From Lama guanicoe (lineage: Eukaryota): a stretch of 64,000 nt of DNA. The DNA is taken from contig MU053754.1 of NCBI GenBank assembly GCA_013239625.1, positions 989,379 to 1,053,378 on the forward strand, in the 5' to 3' direction. A program made the position numbers and the translations under genes. The notes under the pieces were generated by a model. The model was not told where the DNA came from. It searched no databases and was given only the letters and a program-made list of their open reading frames with translations. This document shows, one piece after another, positions 13,101 through 26,040 of this stretch; position 1 is the stretch's first letter, and each line of letters opens with the position of its first letter.

Positions 13101-13992
13101 GACCTTTAGATGATCATGCTGAGTGATGTAAGTAAGACAGAAAGACAGATACCATATGATACCACTTCTATGTGGAATCTAAAAAATAATACAGATGAGC
13201 TTATTTACAGAACAGGAACAGACTCACAGAGAGAGGAAACACACTTACGGTTACTGAAGGGGAAAAGTGAGGAGGGATAAACTGGGAGTTCGCGATTAGC
13301 AGATACACACTACTATATATAAATTAGAGAAACAAGGACCTACTGTACAGCACAGGGACTCTATTCAACATCTTGTAATAAACTCTAATGGAAGAGAACC
13401 CGAAAAAGTATATATATACGTGTGTGTGTGTGTATATATACACAGCAGCACTATTTACAATAGCCAAGACATGAAAACAACCTAAATGGCCATCAACAAA
13501 TGACTGGATAAAGAACATGTGGTATATTTATACAATGGAATACTACTCACCCATAAAAAGAATAAAATGCCATTTGTAGCAACATGGATGGACCTGGAAA
13601 TCATCATTCTAAGTGAAGTTAAGACAGAATGAGAAAGAAAAAAAATCACATCATATCACACGTATGTGGAATCTAAAAAACGAAGTCACCAATGAAGTTA
13701 TCTACAAAACAGAAACAGAGTTGCAGACATAGTAAACTAACTTAGGGTGACGGTGAGGGGAAGGGATAAACTGAGAGTTCAAGATTTGCAGATACTAACT
13801 ACTGTATATAGAATGCGTAAACCAGAAGTTTCTTCTGTAGAGCACAGGGAACTATATTCAATATCCTGTAGTAACCTATAATGAAAAAGATTATGAAAAG
13901 GAATATATGTATGTATATGTGTGATTGAAACATGATGCTGTACACGGGAAACTGACACACTGTAAACTGACCAGACTTCAAAGAAAAAAAAA
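13101..13992 (+). mobile_element. Two tandem L1 3'-end fragments (about 13101-13440 and 13441-13992) with poly(A)
   Basis: ORF2 C-terminal remnant (gcagcactatttacaatagccaagacatg), two copies of the 3'UTR tgtggaatctaaaaaa / agcacaggg motifs, A tail at about 13980-13992. Confidence 0.9.
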
Positions 13993-14417
13993 CTGTCAGT
14001 CTTCCTTCTTTTACTGACAGACACACAGAAATCGTGTGCATGGCACTTTATTTCCCAGATTCTGTAAACTTGTAAATAATGCCTTGTAGCAGGCAGTAGT
14101 CCTAGTAATACGTATTTCCAACACAAAACCTGCAACATATGCACATTTTTTTTGCCCTGTCTCTAACTAGCAGCATGATGGAGAAAAGGTTACATGCCAG
14201 TTAATGCCAGATTATGTTTTCTCTTGGCACAGCTGTCACTCCAAACTGATTCCAGGTGTGTCTGGGCCCTCTGTTATTTAATAATCAACGGGTTCTTACT
14301 CAGAGAAGTGGACAATAATGTGAAATGGATCTGATATTGGGCAGGGTGATGGGACCGGAGGGGAAAGTGAGCCTGGAAAGGCCTGTCTGTCTCCACCTGT
14401 TAAGTCTGTCCTACGGA

Positions 14418-14441
14418 GGACCAGGACCAGGACCAGGACCA
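14418..14441 (+). repeat. (GGACCA)4
   Basis: Directly visible. Confidence 0.9.
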
Positions 14442-14670
14442 TCCAGGAACACAGGGGCTCCTTTCATGATCTCACCAAATTCCGTCCATGAAACCATTAA
14501 TCTACTTATTTTACACCACAATTCAAAATACATTAGATACGTTCTGTAAGGGGAATCACGTAGATAACTGAATAAAAACAAAATGTGAACCACAGATGCT
14601 CTTGGTAACCCACGCATTCCATTGACGTTTAAATGCCAGCCTCCCCGCCCCGAGCCTCTGTCTGGACCAG

Positions 14671-14785
14671 GAGCAGGCCCCGCCCACAAGCCGGCCCCAC
14701 CCACGAGCAGGCCCCGCCCAGGGCGGGCCCCGCCCACGAGCAGGCCACGCCCATGGGCGGGCCCCGCCCACGAGCAGGCGCCCGT
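14671..14785. repeat. 17-bp GC-rich minisatellite (about 6.5 units, consensus gagcaggccccgcccac) with multiple GGGCGG boxes
   Basis: Units start at 14671, 14688, 14705, 14721, 14738, 14755 and 14772. Confidence 0.9.
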
Positions 14786-16924
14786 GCCCCCAGTAGCCTG
14801 CAGCCAGGACCGAGTCGCCCACGAGGAGGAAGGCTTGGTAACTAGCGCGAGAACGTGCCTTCTGGGTTCTGCCTGCTTTTCCTGGTCACACATCTCCTCT
14901 AGCCCCCTATTTCCTGCATCACCTCCTAAGTCAGCCGCTTTCACTGACAGCTTTAACTTGCATCGGTGTCTGGAGGAGCTCCGTCTCTGACAGGTAGTCT
15001 CCACGTGTCTGAAGTCACATGTGCAAACGTCCTTATGAATACAGACGTTTGCACACCTGTGTTCTGAGGCTGAAACGGGAGAGACCCTAGGGTCTGGCGG
15101 GCTTGGTGGCCAGAAAAGCCGTTCACCCCAGGAGTAACCTAGGAAGGCCATTCACCATGTGGAAGGACCACCACTTCCATTTTCTCCATAAAGAGACAAA
15201 AAGTCGAGAAGGACTACATATAAAGGACAGTATACATTAGTCTGTTAAAATATTTGTAATGTTAACTTTTAAGGTTGAAGCCAGTTTTCCTTCTCAAGTC
15301 TCAGGGAAAAAGACAGTATAGAGAATTTAAATAAGTAAATAGAGAAATTACCCCAACCTCTATTACAGCCTTTCCACTACCAGCAAAAATTACTGATTTT
15401 ACCCATTCTACAATCGTGGATTTCTTCTGGGGAGATGTAGGGGTTAGCAACAAAAACATCCCCCCAAAATGGTATTCCCTTGGAAAGGAAAAAGCATGCA
15501 ACTGATTTACCAATCTATGAACAACTCAGAATTTTCTCTAAAAACAGGTATTTGGAGGGTTAGCATTGAGTTCAGGGAAACAAATGAGTTAAAGGGAAAT
15601 TAACTGAGTAGCCCATCCATTCTGGCGAACCACACACTAATTCTGTATTTTAACGGGAGCACAAAGACAGACAGACAAGAATGTCGGCTTTTCCAAGAGA
15701 ATCGGGAGTACAGCCTGTGAATACCCGGCAGCACATGTAAACTAAACGAAGCCCATTTTATCACGTTTTTCTCCTGTCCTGTTTCATTTTACTTTTACTT
15801 TCAGGCGTCCCTGGAAGATGGAAAGGATCCGGCCCGTTCCCTTGACCCAGCCTGACATGATGCAGGCTGGTCATCTACAGAACTCAAATACACTACATCA
15901 CTGCCCACCCTTTGCACAGATAATTATTTTGGAAGCGATATTTCTTTCTTAATTTTAAACTAGGAGAAGACTTACAACTGGTACAGCGTCCAGCTGGTAC
16001 AGTTGTGGAGCACAGCAGGAATAAGCGGGCTTTTATAAAACAGAAATGCAGCAGTTTTGGAAGCACAGCAGTGACATTAAAAAGTGGTAAGCCCCCACCC
16101 ATCCTTCCATCTACCTCACTGCCAGGAGCCTTCCAGACTTTAGTTCCCATGCTCTGGAAACCAAATACTGCATGAGGGTCACAATTGATGCTACTGTGGT
16201 TTCGGTGAAGAGGCATCATGAAATGAGGGGAGGGTACCAGATCCGCTCAACGTCGGAAGACGTTCACAGCAGGGTACACCATGTATCTCCCCACCTTACT
16301 CCATTTCAGGCACAAAGATACAAAAGTGCTTGCTGGACAAAAAAATTGAACAATCTTATTGAAATATAATTTACCTACCGTACAGTTCACGCACCTAAGC
16401 ATGCAGGCCAACGAGTTTCAGTGTTTCCTATGCTGTGCAACCATCAGTATCATCCGTTTCAGAATGATTCCATTACCCCAGTAAGATCCTTCCTGCCCTA
16501 CTGGGGAGACTTTATGGTAGAAACCAATTTGTTTTTATGTCTTCAGCTTCTAGTTCTACCGCTCGTGTTTCTCGACTGCAACCCTACGGGGTGTCCAGAG
16601 CCCTGCCCGTTGGTCCCTCCACCCCTCAGAAAAGCCTGTGTGCAGAAGAGGCCCCAGAGCTCAGCAGCCACACTGACTTGGAAAGGATGACTTTTCTTCT
16701 GGAAATATGTGTGTCCCCCTGGAAAGGAAAGAGTTTTCCCCTTAAACCCTTGTCTCAGGCATCTCTGTTTTAGTCATTGGCAGCACCATTCTGTCAGTGG
16801 TTGGTGACAAAAGAACCCTGAAGACACGCCCTCCCTGCAAGCCACTGGCAAATTCCCGGATCCTGTCGGATTGCCCTTTCCACACGTACTCCCCCGACAG
16901 TTCACTTCTGCCTTTATCCAGGTT

Positions 16925-17055
16925 ACATCATCTTTTGTTGTTCTTATATCCACTAGCTGGCTGTGTTTTTTAGATTCCACGTATAAGTGATGCCATTCAG
17001 TATCTGTCTTTCTCTGTCTGACTGACTTCACTCGGCATAATGCCCTCCAACTCAG
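16925..17055 (-). mobile_element. Short L1 3' fragment, sense to ANOS1
   Basis: ttttttagattccacgtataagtga...ctgacttcactcggcataatgccctcca. Confidence 0.85.
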
Positions 17056-17059
17056 CAAC

Positions 17060-17765
17060 GTCTCGCACCAGGAATACTGCCTTGGTCTCCCACTGGCATC
17101 CCTGCCTCAGCACCCTCCACCTTTCATCTGTCCTCAACACAGTGGCCTGAGTGGTCCTAACCCTACTGAAATCTAAATGCCATCACGTCAGCATCTCCCA
17201 GCCACTCTCCATCTAACTCAGGAAGAACCACACTGTTACCAATGACAATGGAGGCCCGCAAATCCACCTCCTTCTTTCCTGTCCATCCTCATCTTCCTCT
17301 GCTCCACTCTCCAGCTCGTCTGCTGCTCTCTGAATCCTGCACACCCACTCCTGCCCCAGGACCTTTGCATCTGCCACCTCCTGGAACGGGAAGGCTCTTC
17401 CTTCAGATTGTGGCAGAGCCAACTCTTCACTTTCTTTATACAAACATGTTTTCTTTGCCTGCCCCCTCCAAACTACAGAAATCAAAACCAACCTCCTCTC
17501 CACACATCTCCTGTATTCTGTTCCGTATTTTTTTCAGAGTCAGATATCACTGTCTACCCAACTATATGGGAGGATTTCATGTATCTTATGGATTGTTTAC
17601 TGTGTCCTCTCGCCTCTAGTTAGGATCAATCTGTGTGTTTGTGTTCCACAGGAGCAGACATTTCTGTCTCTTCTTTCACTTATGCCCTCGGTGCCTAGAA
17701 CAGTGCCTGACACATAGTTGGTGCTCAACTGTAAACATTGTTTAATAAAAAAGGGAATGAATGAT
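17060..17765 (+). mobile_element. L2 3' remnant
   Basis: gtgcctagaacagtgcctgacacatagttggtgctcaa L2 terminus. Confidence 0.75.
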
Positions 17766-18697
17766 GAGTGGTAAAACAAGATTCAATAACGCTTTGTTTC
17801 TGCCTTTAAGTTCTCCCAGGAAGGCAGGGGAGATTTTGCAGGATTTTAAAACTGCATGATGGTGATGGTCACATGACCTAGTAAATTCTAAAAATCACTG
17901 GCTTCCACACTTAAGTGACTTTCATGGTAGGTAAATTGTATCTCAGCAAGGTTGTGAAATTATTTTCTCAGCAGGACACATTTCTACATCCGAGGAACTG
18001 ACTGAAGAAAGATGTGGTACCGTCTTGTCCACAGTTAGACACGCCTTGGAAGAAACGCCTTCAACTCTTTGTTGGAGCTACTACGGTCCCATCATTCTGT
18101 GAGGCTCCTTCACTGAAAATGGGAGAATCTACTACAAATTCTGGGCATATATTTTTGGTTTGCCCAAAGTGCAAGAACTGAAGTCTGGAATGCTGACTGT
18201 TGGGCGCATTTGTAATAAGAGCCAGAAATAAGGCAATTTAATGGTGACTGCAAGACTTCCCCGAGATGGTGCACAGCCATTCACCAAAGCCCATGAAAGT
18301 GTGAGGGCTGCAGCTCTAACTGTAGACGGTTGAGGTGCTCAGATTCGCCAGGAGTGGTGGGACAGCGTGGCCCTGCTTCTTCCCCGGGATGGATGACTCT
18401 TTGGCAGCTGGCAGTCACAGGACTGACCCTGGGGACTGTCCCAGGACCTCTGCCCAGCTGCCGCACAACTCTCACAGGTATTCACCCTCTGTCCCCACAG
18501 GCCAGGGGCTGCATCTGTCTCACGTCTGCATGTGCAGCCTTGATCTGATTTTCAGAATGGTCTTCTAGTCAAAAAAGCTAATCTGCAATTTAAAAATCAA
18601 ATGGCAGTTGCCTTCTCATGTTTCTTTTTTCTAGGAAGACACTGCCTCTGCTTTTAACTCTAAGGAGACTTATTTGTGAATAAAGTGTGTTCTATCC

Positions 18698-18724
18698 AAA
18701 AAAAAAAAAAAAAAAAAAAAAAAA
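18698..18724 (+). repeat. poly(A) tract
   Basis: About 27 consecutive A. Confidence 0.95.
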
Positions 18725-19872
18725 TGGGCAGGGGGACAGGTGGCAACACATTTGACCACAGCACACCTGGGTCACGTTTGAACCATGAAACTCACGGTGA
18801 AGAGTGCTCAAGCCCCGTCTCTCACCTCTGAACCCACCGTCAGTTATTCATTAAATCCTCAGACCACGGGGAGGAAGCCTTCAGACAGGGAAGGACGGAT
18901 ACCCTTGTTTTTCACTTCACCCTCCGGCTTACTCAGTGTCTCCACCCCAGTGGGGGTGGGGTAAGGACGCACTTTCCCTTTCTTAAAAGAACTCTTTAAA
19001 AGAAAGACTTGAAAATCTACAACATACACTGCAATAGAACCCAAATATTAAATTATTCTGGATGCAAGTTTTCCACCTGAGACCTATGATTATGCAGAGA
19101 AAGGGGTGACATTATCATCTAACAAGGAATGGACAGACTAGCGAAAACATACATTCTCCCCCAAATGGAACAGGCATTGCAAGTCACAGCAGCCAGTTCA
19201 AACCCTCCTGTATTGAAAGATATGACTGACATTATACGTCTTACATTATTCATCAATATCACAGCTCATGTTTGAGAAAAATTTAAGTTCGCTTCCATGT
19301 AAGGGGATTATGCTGATTAGTGACTAACTCACTGCTTTACATCCACGGAACTGGACCGTGATGATGACCAAGCAGACATACTCATTCAGAACGCGCACAG
19401 CCATCTCAACGCAGCCAGAGAAATAAACACGGAGCTGTTATTAACGTCCAGCCAAATTATGCCCTTCAACTGTTGCCTGAGTAACTCCACCCGTAACACT
19501 GTCAGTATTCATCAGAGCCCACAGAAGCTTCAGAACAGCAGTGAAACAGGCACCGAACAAAATGATGGCGATGATAAGGCGGCTCGGGAGGGATTTAAAT
19601 TCCGGAGGTTATGAAACAAAAGAGATTAATTCACACTCAATTTGGCAGCTGTTTCAAGAAACCTGTACAGTCTGATGCAGCAGAAACTAAACCTTTCCTC
19701 CAAAAATTAACTGAGTGGTGCCAGAGGCAGAATATCCTGAGAGACCCAGGGGAAGCTGGTCGTGGAAAACCGTCAATTCCACGTTGAGAAAACCCATCCT
19801 GTCGCCTCCTGCAGTCTCTCAGAGGTAAAGGCCCAGTGACGGTCCTGACCATAAATTCACACGGTACCTTCA

Positions 19873-20205
<333 letters not shown>

Positions 20206-22444
20206 TCATCCGCCGGTGCAACACAGCCGTGACCTCTCCCACACGCCTGGATACCTGCAGCCAATCCCACTAGTCATCAGAGAGTTGTCAGGAAGGTTTC
20301 AACTGCTAAGTTCCATTCCTAGGTCTTTCATCCGAAAGAGTTAAAGATCTCTGGAAGGCAAGGTCTTCTGAGGATTGCTTGGGCTGTTTTTAAATCCAGC
20401 GACTAAAAACAGCATTTGAGGATTACATCAATCAATGACACACAGAAATGAATAAATATATGAAGTAATCATGACATTAGAGAGAAAATGAAATCATCTC
20501 TACACCGTAGAAGGAAGGCCTCCTACTGGCGTGCCAAATTTAATCCTGTAAGTAGGTACGCGAACCCACACATTTCAGTTCTGGAAGCACACTGCCGCCC
20601 TAGACTTTTCTGTCTTTGAATTTGAGCAAATCACATAAGATCTGCAAGGATCCAGTCATGTTCCTACAGGGTGAGGTCTGTTAATATCTCTTTGTCCAGT
20701 ATATGTCCAAGGAAGAAAACTGGACTCTGGGAATGGCCCACGGCTTTTGCTGTCTCTGCTGCTACGTCCCAAGATACCAGGTAATGTTAATGGTCTTCCC
20801 ACTGCCTGACTTCATCCAGCTCAGGGCCCACACACCCGGTGCCAACCACGTCCTACAGGAGATCTGGAACCTTCGCCTCGACTCCAGGGAATGAATGCCG
20901 GCACACGGCCCCACCTGTGCCTAGTGCCAAACTCTACCTGGTGCTCAGTGGGTGACACTGGGGAGGAGTGAGCAGAAACACTCCCAAACCTCAGTTCACT
21001 AGAGCTTGCTGAAGAGGGCTGTGCTGCGTACTTCAGCTTTCAAAGGAAGCTCAGCGTTTCCGAGATCAAAGGAAGAAGATGAACTCTCGAGCGTGGCTTT
21101 CTACCTCATTTGGCAGAATCTGAGACAACGTGGTCACCAACTGGTTCACTTAGTTGGAGCCTTCAGTTTGAGAAGCTCACGTCAGCACAGCAGCCATAGC
21201 ACTGAGCAGACAGAGCGAGGAAGGACAAGGTGGTGTCGCCTAGTGAAGGCAGGAATAATAATAAAGCAACAACAGTCCAAGGCCTTCCCTCTCGCTCCTA
21301 AACAGAGGATATGAAGGAGGAGGTCTGCCCATCAGTTACTTTCATACGTCTTTCCATTTAAACTTTGGACCTATTTGGAAATTCCATCGTTTGGGAAATT
21401 TGTAAGTGATACTTCCGTAGCCCCCTTGAAGGGAGCACACCATGGAAGTTAGGTACAATTTGGGGCTGCATTCTGAACATCTTTATGTTTTATTCAAGCA
21501 CAAATTTTTAACAAAATAGTTATAGAATAGAATTACTAAATTTGACCAGTCCCCCCACCCCCACCCCCCGCCAATTTACGCTCTTTCTTTTTAACGTCAA
21601 ATTTCTCGTTTATTTTCAGGTCTTTATTGCTTATCTTTTTTGAGATACTACCATTTGGAAGAAAGACTAAATTCCTCTTCCAAACATCTCAACACTGAAA
21701 TTTATTTTATATTTACTGAAAAAAAAATCATGGGAATCTCATCCTTGGGGAAGGATGATCTGATCACCGAGAGGAGAGGATTTTTCCCTCTACGGATACA
21801 CGTGGAGAAGGCATTTTAGTTGTTGAAAAGCATGAAATAGTTCCATATTGAGAGTTTCTCCCTTTTCCCCATCCGTGGCGTTTTCTGGCAGCTGGCAGTC
21901 CACTGAACAGCTCTTAAAACGAAAGTAAATATTTTGCTTTTCGAATCCACAAGACAGAAGAGGAAGACGCCCTGGAAGATACACCATGGGGGGCTGCCAT
22001 CCAGGTGGCCTGCCTGTTGGTAAGTTGACTCGGATGAAGGAGGAGGCACTTAGAGAAGGTTTATGAGCCGCTGGCTCCTTCCCGGTAAGCCCTTCTGGGA
22101 TACGGCTGTTACCCCACGCCCCGAAGCCCTGTGTGGAGCACAGGCTTAGATGTAGGAGAAAAACCGGGGAAGTCGTTCAGGTGATCAGGTGTCACATGAA
22201 CCAGCACTCTGGGTGTTGCATTTCCCTCAGTTTGGATGGGTTTAAGTTTATCTCAAGGGCACGTGGTTCTGGGCAGAAATAAATGTGAACGCTCAGATAA
22301 AAAAATTATCTCCCTTCTGATTGCACTGTGGGTAACTTAAGCCAACAGTCAAGTTCTAGTGGTACTGGGTTCACGTATGGAGCTCACCCTGTCTTCCGCC
22401 GACAGCACGATGGTCCACGCCAGATTAAATTATTTTGGCAGTCA

Positions 22445-22864
<420 letters not shown>

Positions 22865-24419
22865 TCAAGGCGTCACCTTTGAGATCTTCTGACACTAAGT
22901 TCCGTTTCACTTTCCCATTTCTTTAGAGGGTCTGAATCGAGTCCTGATTCTGGACGAGTTTCTGTCTCCCCAGTAAGCTTGACAACTCCTTTACGTGCAG
23001 TCTTCTGAATCAGTCATGTTACCAAGCTGCCCCACGGGAGGCTGACGGGGAACTCCCACGAGCAAGTGTCATGGAGAGCTGCCAGTCCTTTTTCCCACTT
23101 ACGGGCTCCATCCCTACCGATGGACCCCAGGGTCGTTGTGACACCGGTCCTGAGTCTGCCATCCTTCCCACCTCGGGGAGTTTTCCTTTCAAGGTAAACA
23201 TTACAAAGCCCACCCGTCTCACAGGGTCAAGTCTCATGAGAACGATTTCCAAAGCCTGGGTCTTGTGGGTTCCCCAGTGACTGCTGGGGCCCTCCCGACA
23301 GACTTACCATTTAAAATTGGAAAATGATGAATTTATAATGTTTGGTTTTGGCACGCCTGAGTGCCTGGCTTCAAAAGTCCCTCACAGGTGTCTCATCTGA
23401 AAGTAGTTAATCATTTTGATTCCTTTTTCCCCTGACAGTGCGTGCAAGTTGCCTGGTGACTGCAAGATTTAAGAACCGTGGTTCAAAATCGTAGCCATTA
23501 TGGAAAGGAAACTTTGAAACAAACGTCTCATACTAACAGGACATATAAAACTAACCGACTTCGGTAGGGCCTGTGGTACCGTGATGTTCACTGCCATCAG
23601 AACCAGGAGCCCCAGTGGCTGATGAAATCACTTTCTGCTGAGAACGAGCGTCTGCCTAAACCACTGACAACTCATTTGCAATGGCTGCTTCAGGAGGCTG
23701 CGTTTCTTTCTCCACTTCTTAAGTTTAAACCAAGGAAATGGGGACACGTGCAAATACAGACTCTACCTAAGAGCTGATGCACATTAGCGGTGCGGCTGAA
23801 TGTCAACTCGTTTCATTTTGAACTTCGTTCAGGCTCAGTCTTATGAAATCTTAAAGTCATTAAACACTGAGGGGTTGGATAATTTTAAAATGGCGTCTGT
23901 ACATCTGCCCAAAAGCTCACTGACTTTTAAAACCTCTTCTCCAGAGAACTACAGTCCCCCGACCAGTAGCAGCCTCCACTTTGATTTGCCGACAGGCGAT
24001 GTCTGTATATATGTTGCCTTTCCTTCACCGTAAACTTGCCTCCCCCAGTCCTTCCTGTGCCTTCATGAAGCGGGTGAGGGGTTACGTATCTACATTTGGA
24101 ACACCAGGGAATGGAGTCTGAGGAAGATCAAATAAATTGCTTGGAGCTATGACCCAATCTCCAGTTTCTCTCTGAATTTTATGTTTCTCTCCACATTTTC
24201 GAATTAGGAAAAGCCACTTAGGAAGGGAGAGAAAAGAAGTGGTTTTCACAGCTCCGAAAATCCCTGGGACGTCCTGGTTCTAATGTCTCTGCTGTTCCTG
24301 GTTGCCCTGGGACTTCCGTTTGTCTCTGGTCCTGTTGCGTGAGGCCCTGCGTGAGTGTTCTCAAACTTGGGTTGCAAACTTTTCTTCTCGGTGCATAATC
24401 TTACAGTAACACCTTCATG

Positions 24420-25390
24420 ACTTGAATATTGCTGCTAAGCAAGGGTCTCTCAAATCTATCCCCAGTCCCTCTCTGGGCTGCCGCCCCCTCGCCCCGCCCC
24501 CGTCCACCTGCACAAGTCCCATCTCAGGTGCTCCTCCCCAGCACGTGCCCCCTCCCCGGTGACGCATCTTCACCGCAACTCTAGGTTCTATGGAGAACCA
24601 TGTCGTCTTGTTCCTGCACCTACCATCATCCACACTGCACAGCATCCTTCCAGGAATCCCTAAGTCTGTCTCCATGGCAACCACCTGTTCTAGGCACTTT
24701 CCTCTCCTGTCTGGACTCTCACGATAGGCTTCCAGCCCATCTCCCTGCAAGTCCATCTCTTTTCTAATTTCCTCTGCACAATATTTGTGGTTATTTTCCT
24801 AAAGTAAAAGAGGAGGCTGTCCTTTACCTTCCCCGAACACTCAACTGCATCCCATTTTCTGTAGGACAAAGGGGAACGTCTCTGTATCTCCCTCAAGGCA
24901 CCCATCTTCATAAGCTACTCCCCATTATCTTTCAGTTGACCTCCTGGTACATTGTATGTTCATTGCACACCCTACCTTTAGACCCACCCAGCTTTCCCAG
25001 AAACTCACTGCCAGCGACTTCCTACTGCCACGGCCTGTTTATGTGATTGCTTTTTTCACTCTGAAATGTCTTTCCCTCTATTTTCTGACTACAGACCCTT
25101 GGACACTTCCAGGCTCAGTCCTAAGGCCACCCTTAAGAGCCACTTTCCGTAAACCTCCCAACTGGAAATAAAGGCTCCATTCTTCCGTCCAGCTCTTCAA
25201 CATTTAACCTGTAACTGTCAAAACGTGCATTTCACCGCCTCCGGCCGCAACAAGCTGGTCTAATGCTATCTGTCTTCCCCACGAAGCTACAGACCCAGAG
25301 GTCAAGAAACGTGTCTCCTCCCTCCCCACACCTCACGGTGTCCTCGGAGAGAGCATGCTGCAAGAGCAAATGGTGTAGAAGTGTTGGCAG
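24420..25390 (+). mobile_element. Degenerate L2 remnant
   Basis: Pyrimidine-rich L2-like tracts; weak similarity only. Confidence 0.45.
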
Positions 25391-25442
25391 AAGGAACGGC
25401 CTAACCCCTCTCGGTCATCTGTCAAGAACACAGCTGGAGAAG

Positions 25443-25706
25443 TAAGTGGTTATAGGGGAAGAGGGCGTGAGAAGGGATACATCTGGGAGTTTGCGATTTG
25501 CAAATGTTAGCCACTATATGTAAAAACAGACGTAAAACAAATTTCTCCTGTATAGCACAGGGAACTGTGTTCAATATCTTATAATAATCTTTAATGAAAA
25601 AGAATATGAAAACAAATATATGTATGTATATGCATGACTGGGACACTGCTGTACAATAAAAACCAACACATTGTAACTGACTGTAATTAAATTAAAAAAA
25701 AAAAAA
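25443..25706 (+). mobile_element. L1 3'UTR fragment with poly(A)
   Basis: gggagtttgcgatttgcaaat...tatagcacagggaact...A tail. Confidence 0.9.
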
Positions 25707-25924
25707 GACACCAGAACACTGATGCAAGTCCTTGCAACAACAGTACACCCCTCTCTGCTCAAGGTTCTCCTAGGAAAGGGGAGGACTTTCGCAGGTTATT
25801 AAGCGCCACCTTCTCTAGCACAGATAGTCATATGACTCAGACGTACGTTTACTTCTTAAAGAGAGTAAGACTGGTTAGTTCCTTAAACTCATAGAGCACT
25901 CTCTCTGAGACTTCCAAGCCCATC

Positions 25925-26040
25925 TTTTTCGGGGGCGGGGGGTAATTAGGTTTATTTATTTGTAGAGGAGGTACCGGGGATTGAACCCAGGACCTCGTGC
26001 ATGCTAAGCGTGCGCTCTACCGCTGAGCTATACCCTCCCC
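25925..26040 (-). mobile_element. Full-length vic-1-like tRNA-Ala SINE with 14-bp target site duplication
   Basis: Reverse complement ggggagggtatagctcagcggtagagcgcacgcttagcatgcacgaggtcctgggttcaatccccggtacctcc; TSD cttccaagcccatc (25911-25924) / cttccaaacccatc (26041-26054). Confidence 0.93.

Noticed and set aside
14411..15151. Longest ORF (246 aa, minus strand) with GAGP-like repeats
   Set aside because: Open only because of the GC-rich minisatellite and GGACCA repeat; non-ATG start, no recognisable domain
25966..26040. Possible tRNA-Ala(AGC) gene (also 54408-54480 and 60232-60304)
   Set aside because: Shared non-tRNA tail, TSDs, acceptor-stem mismatch and many decayed copies indicate SINEs
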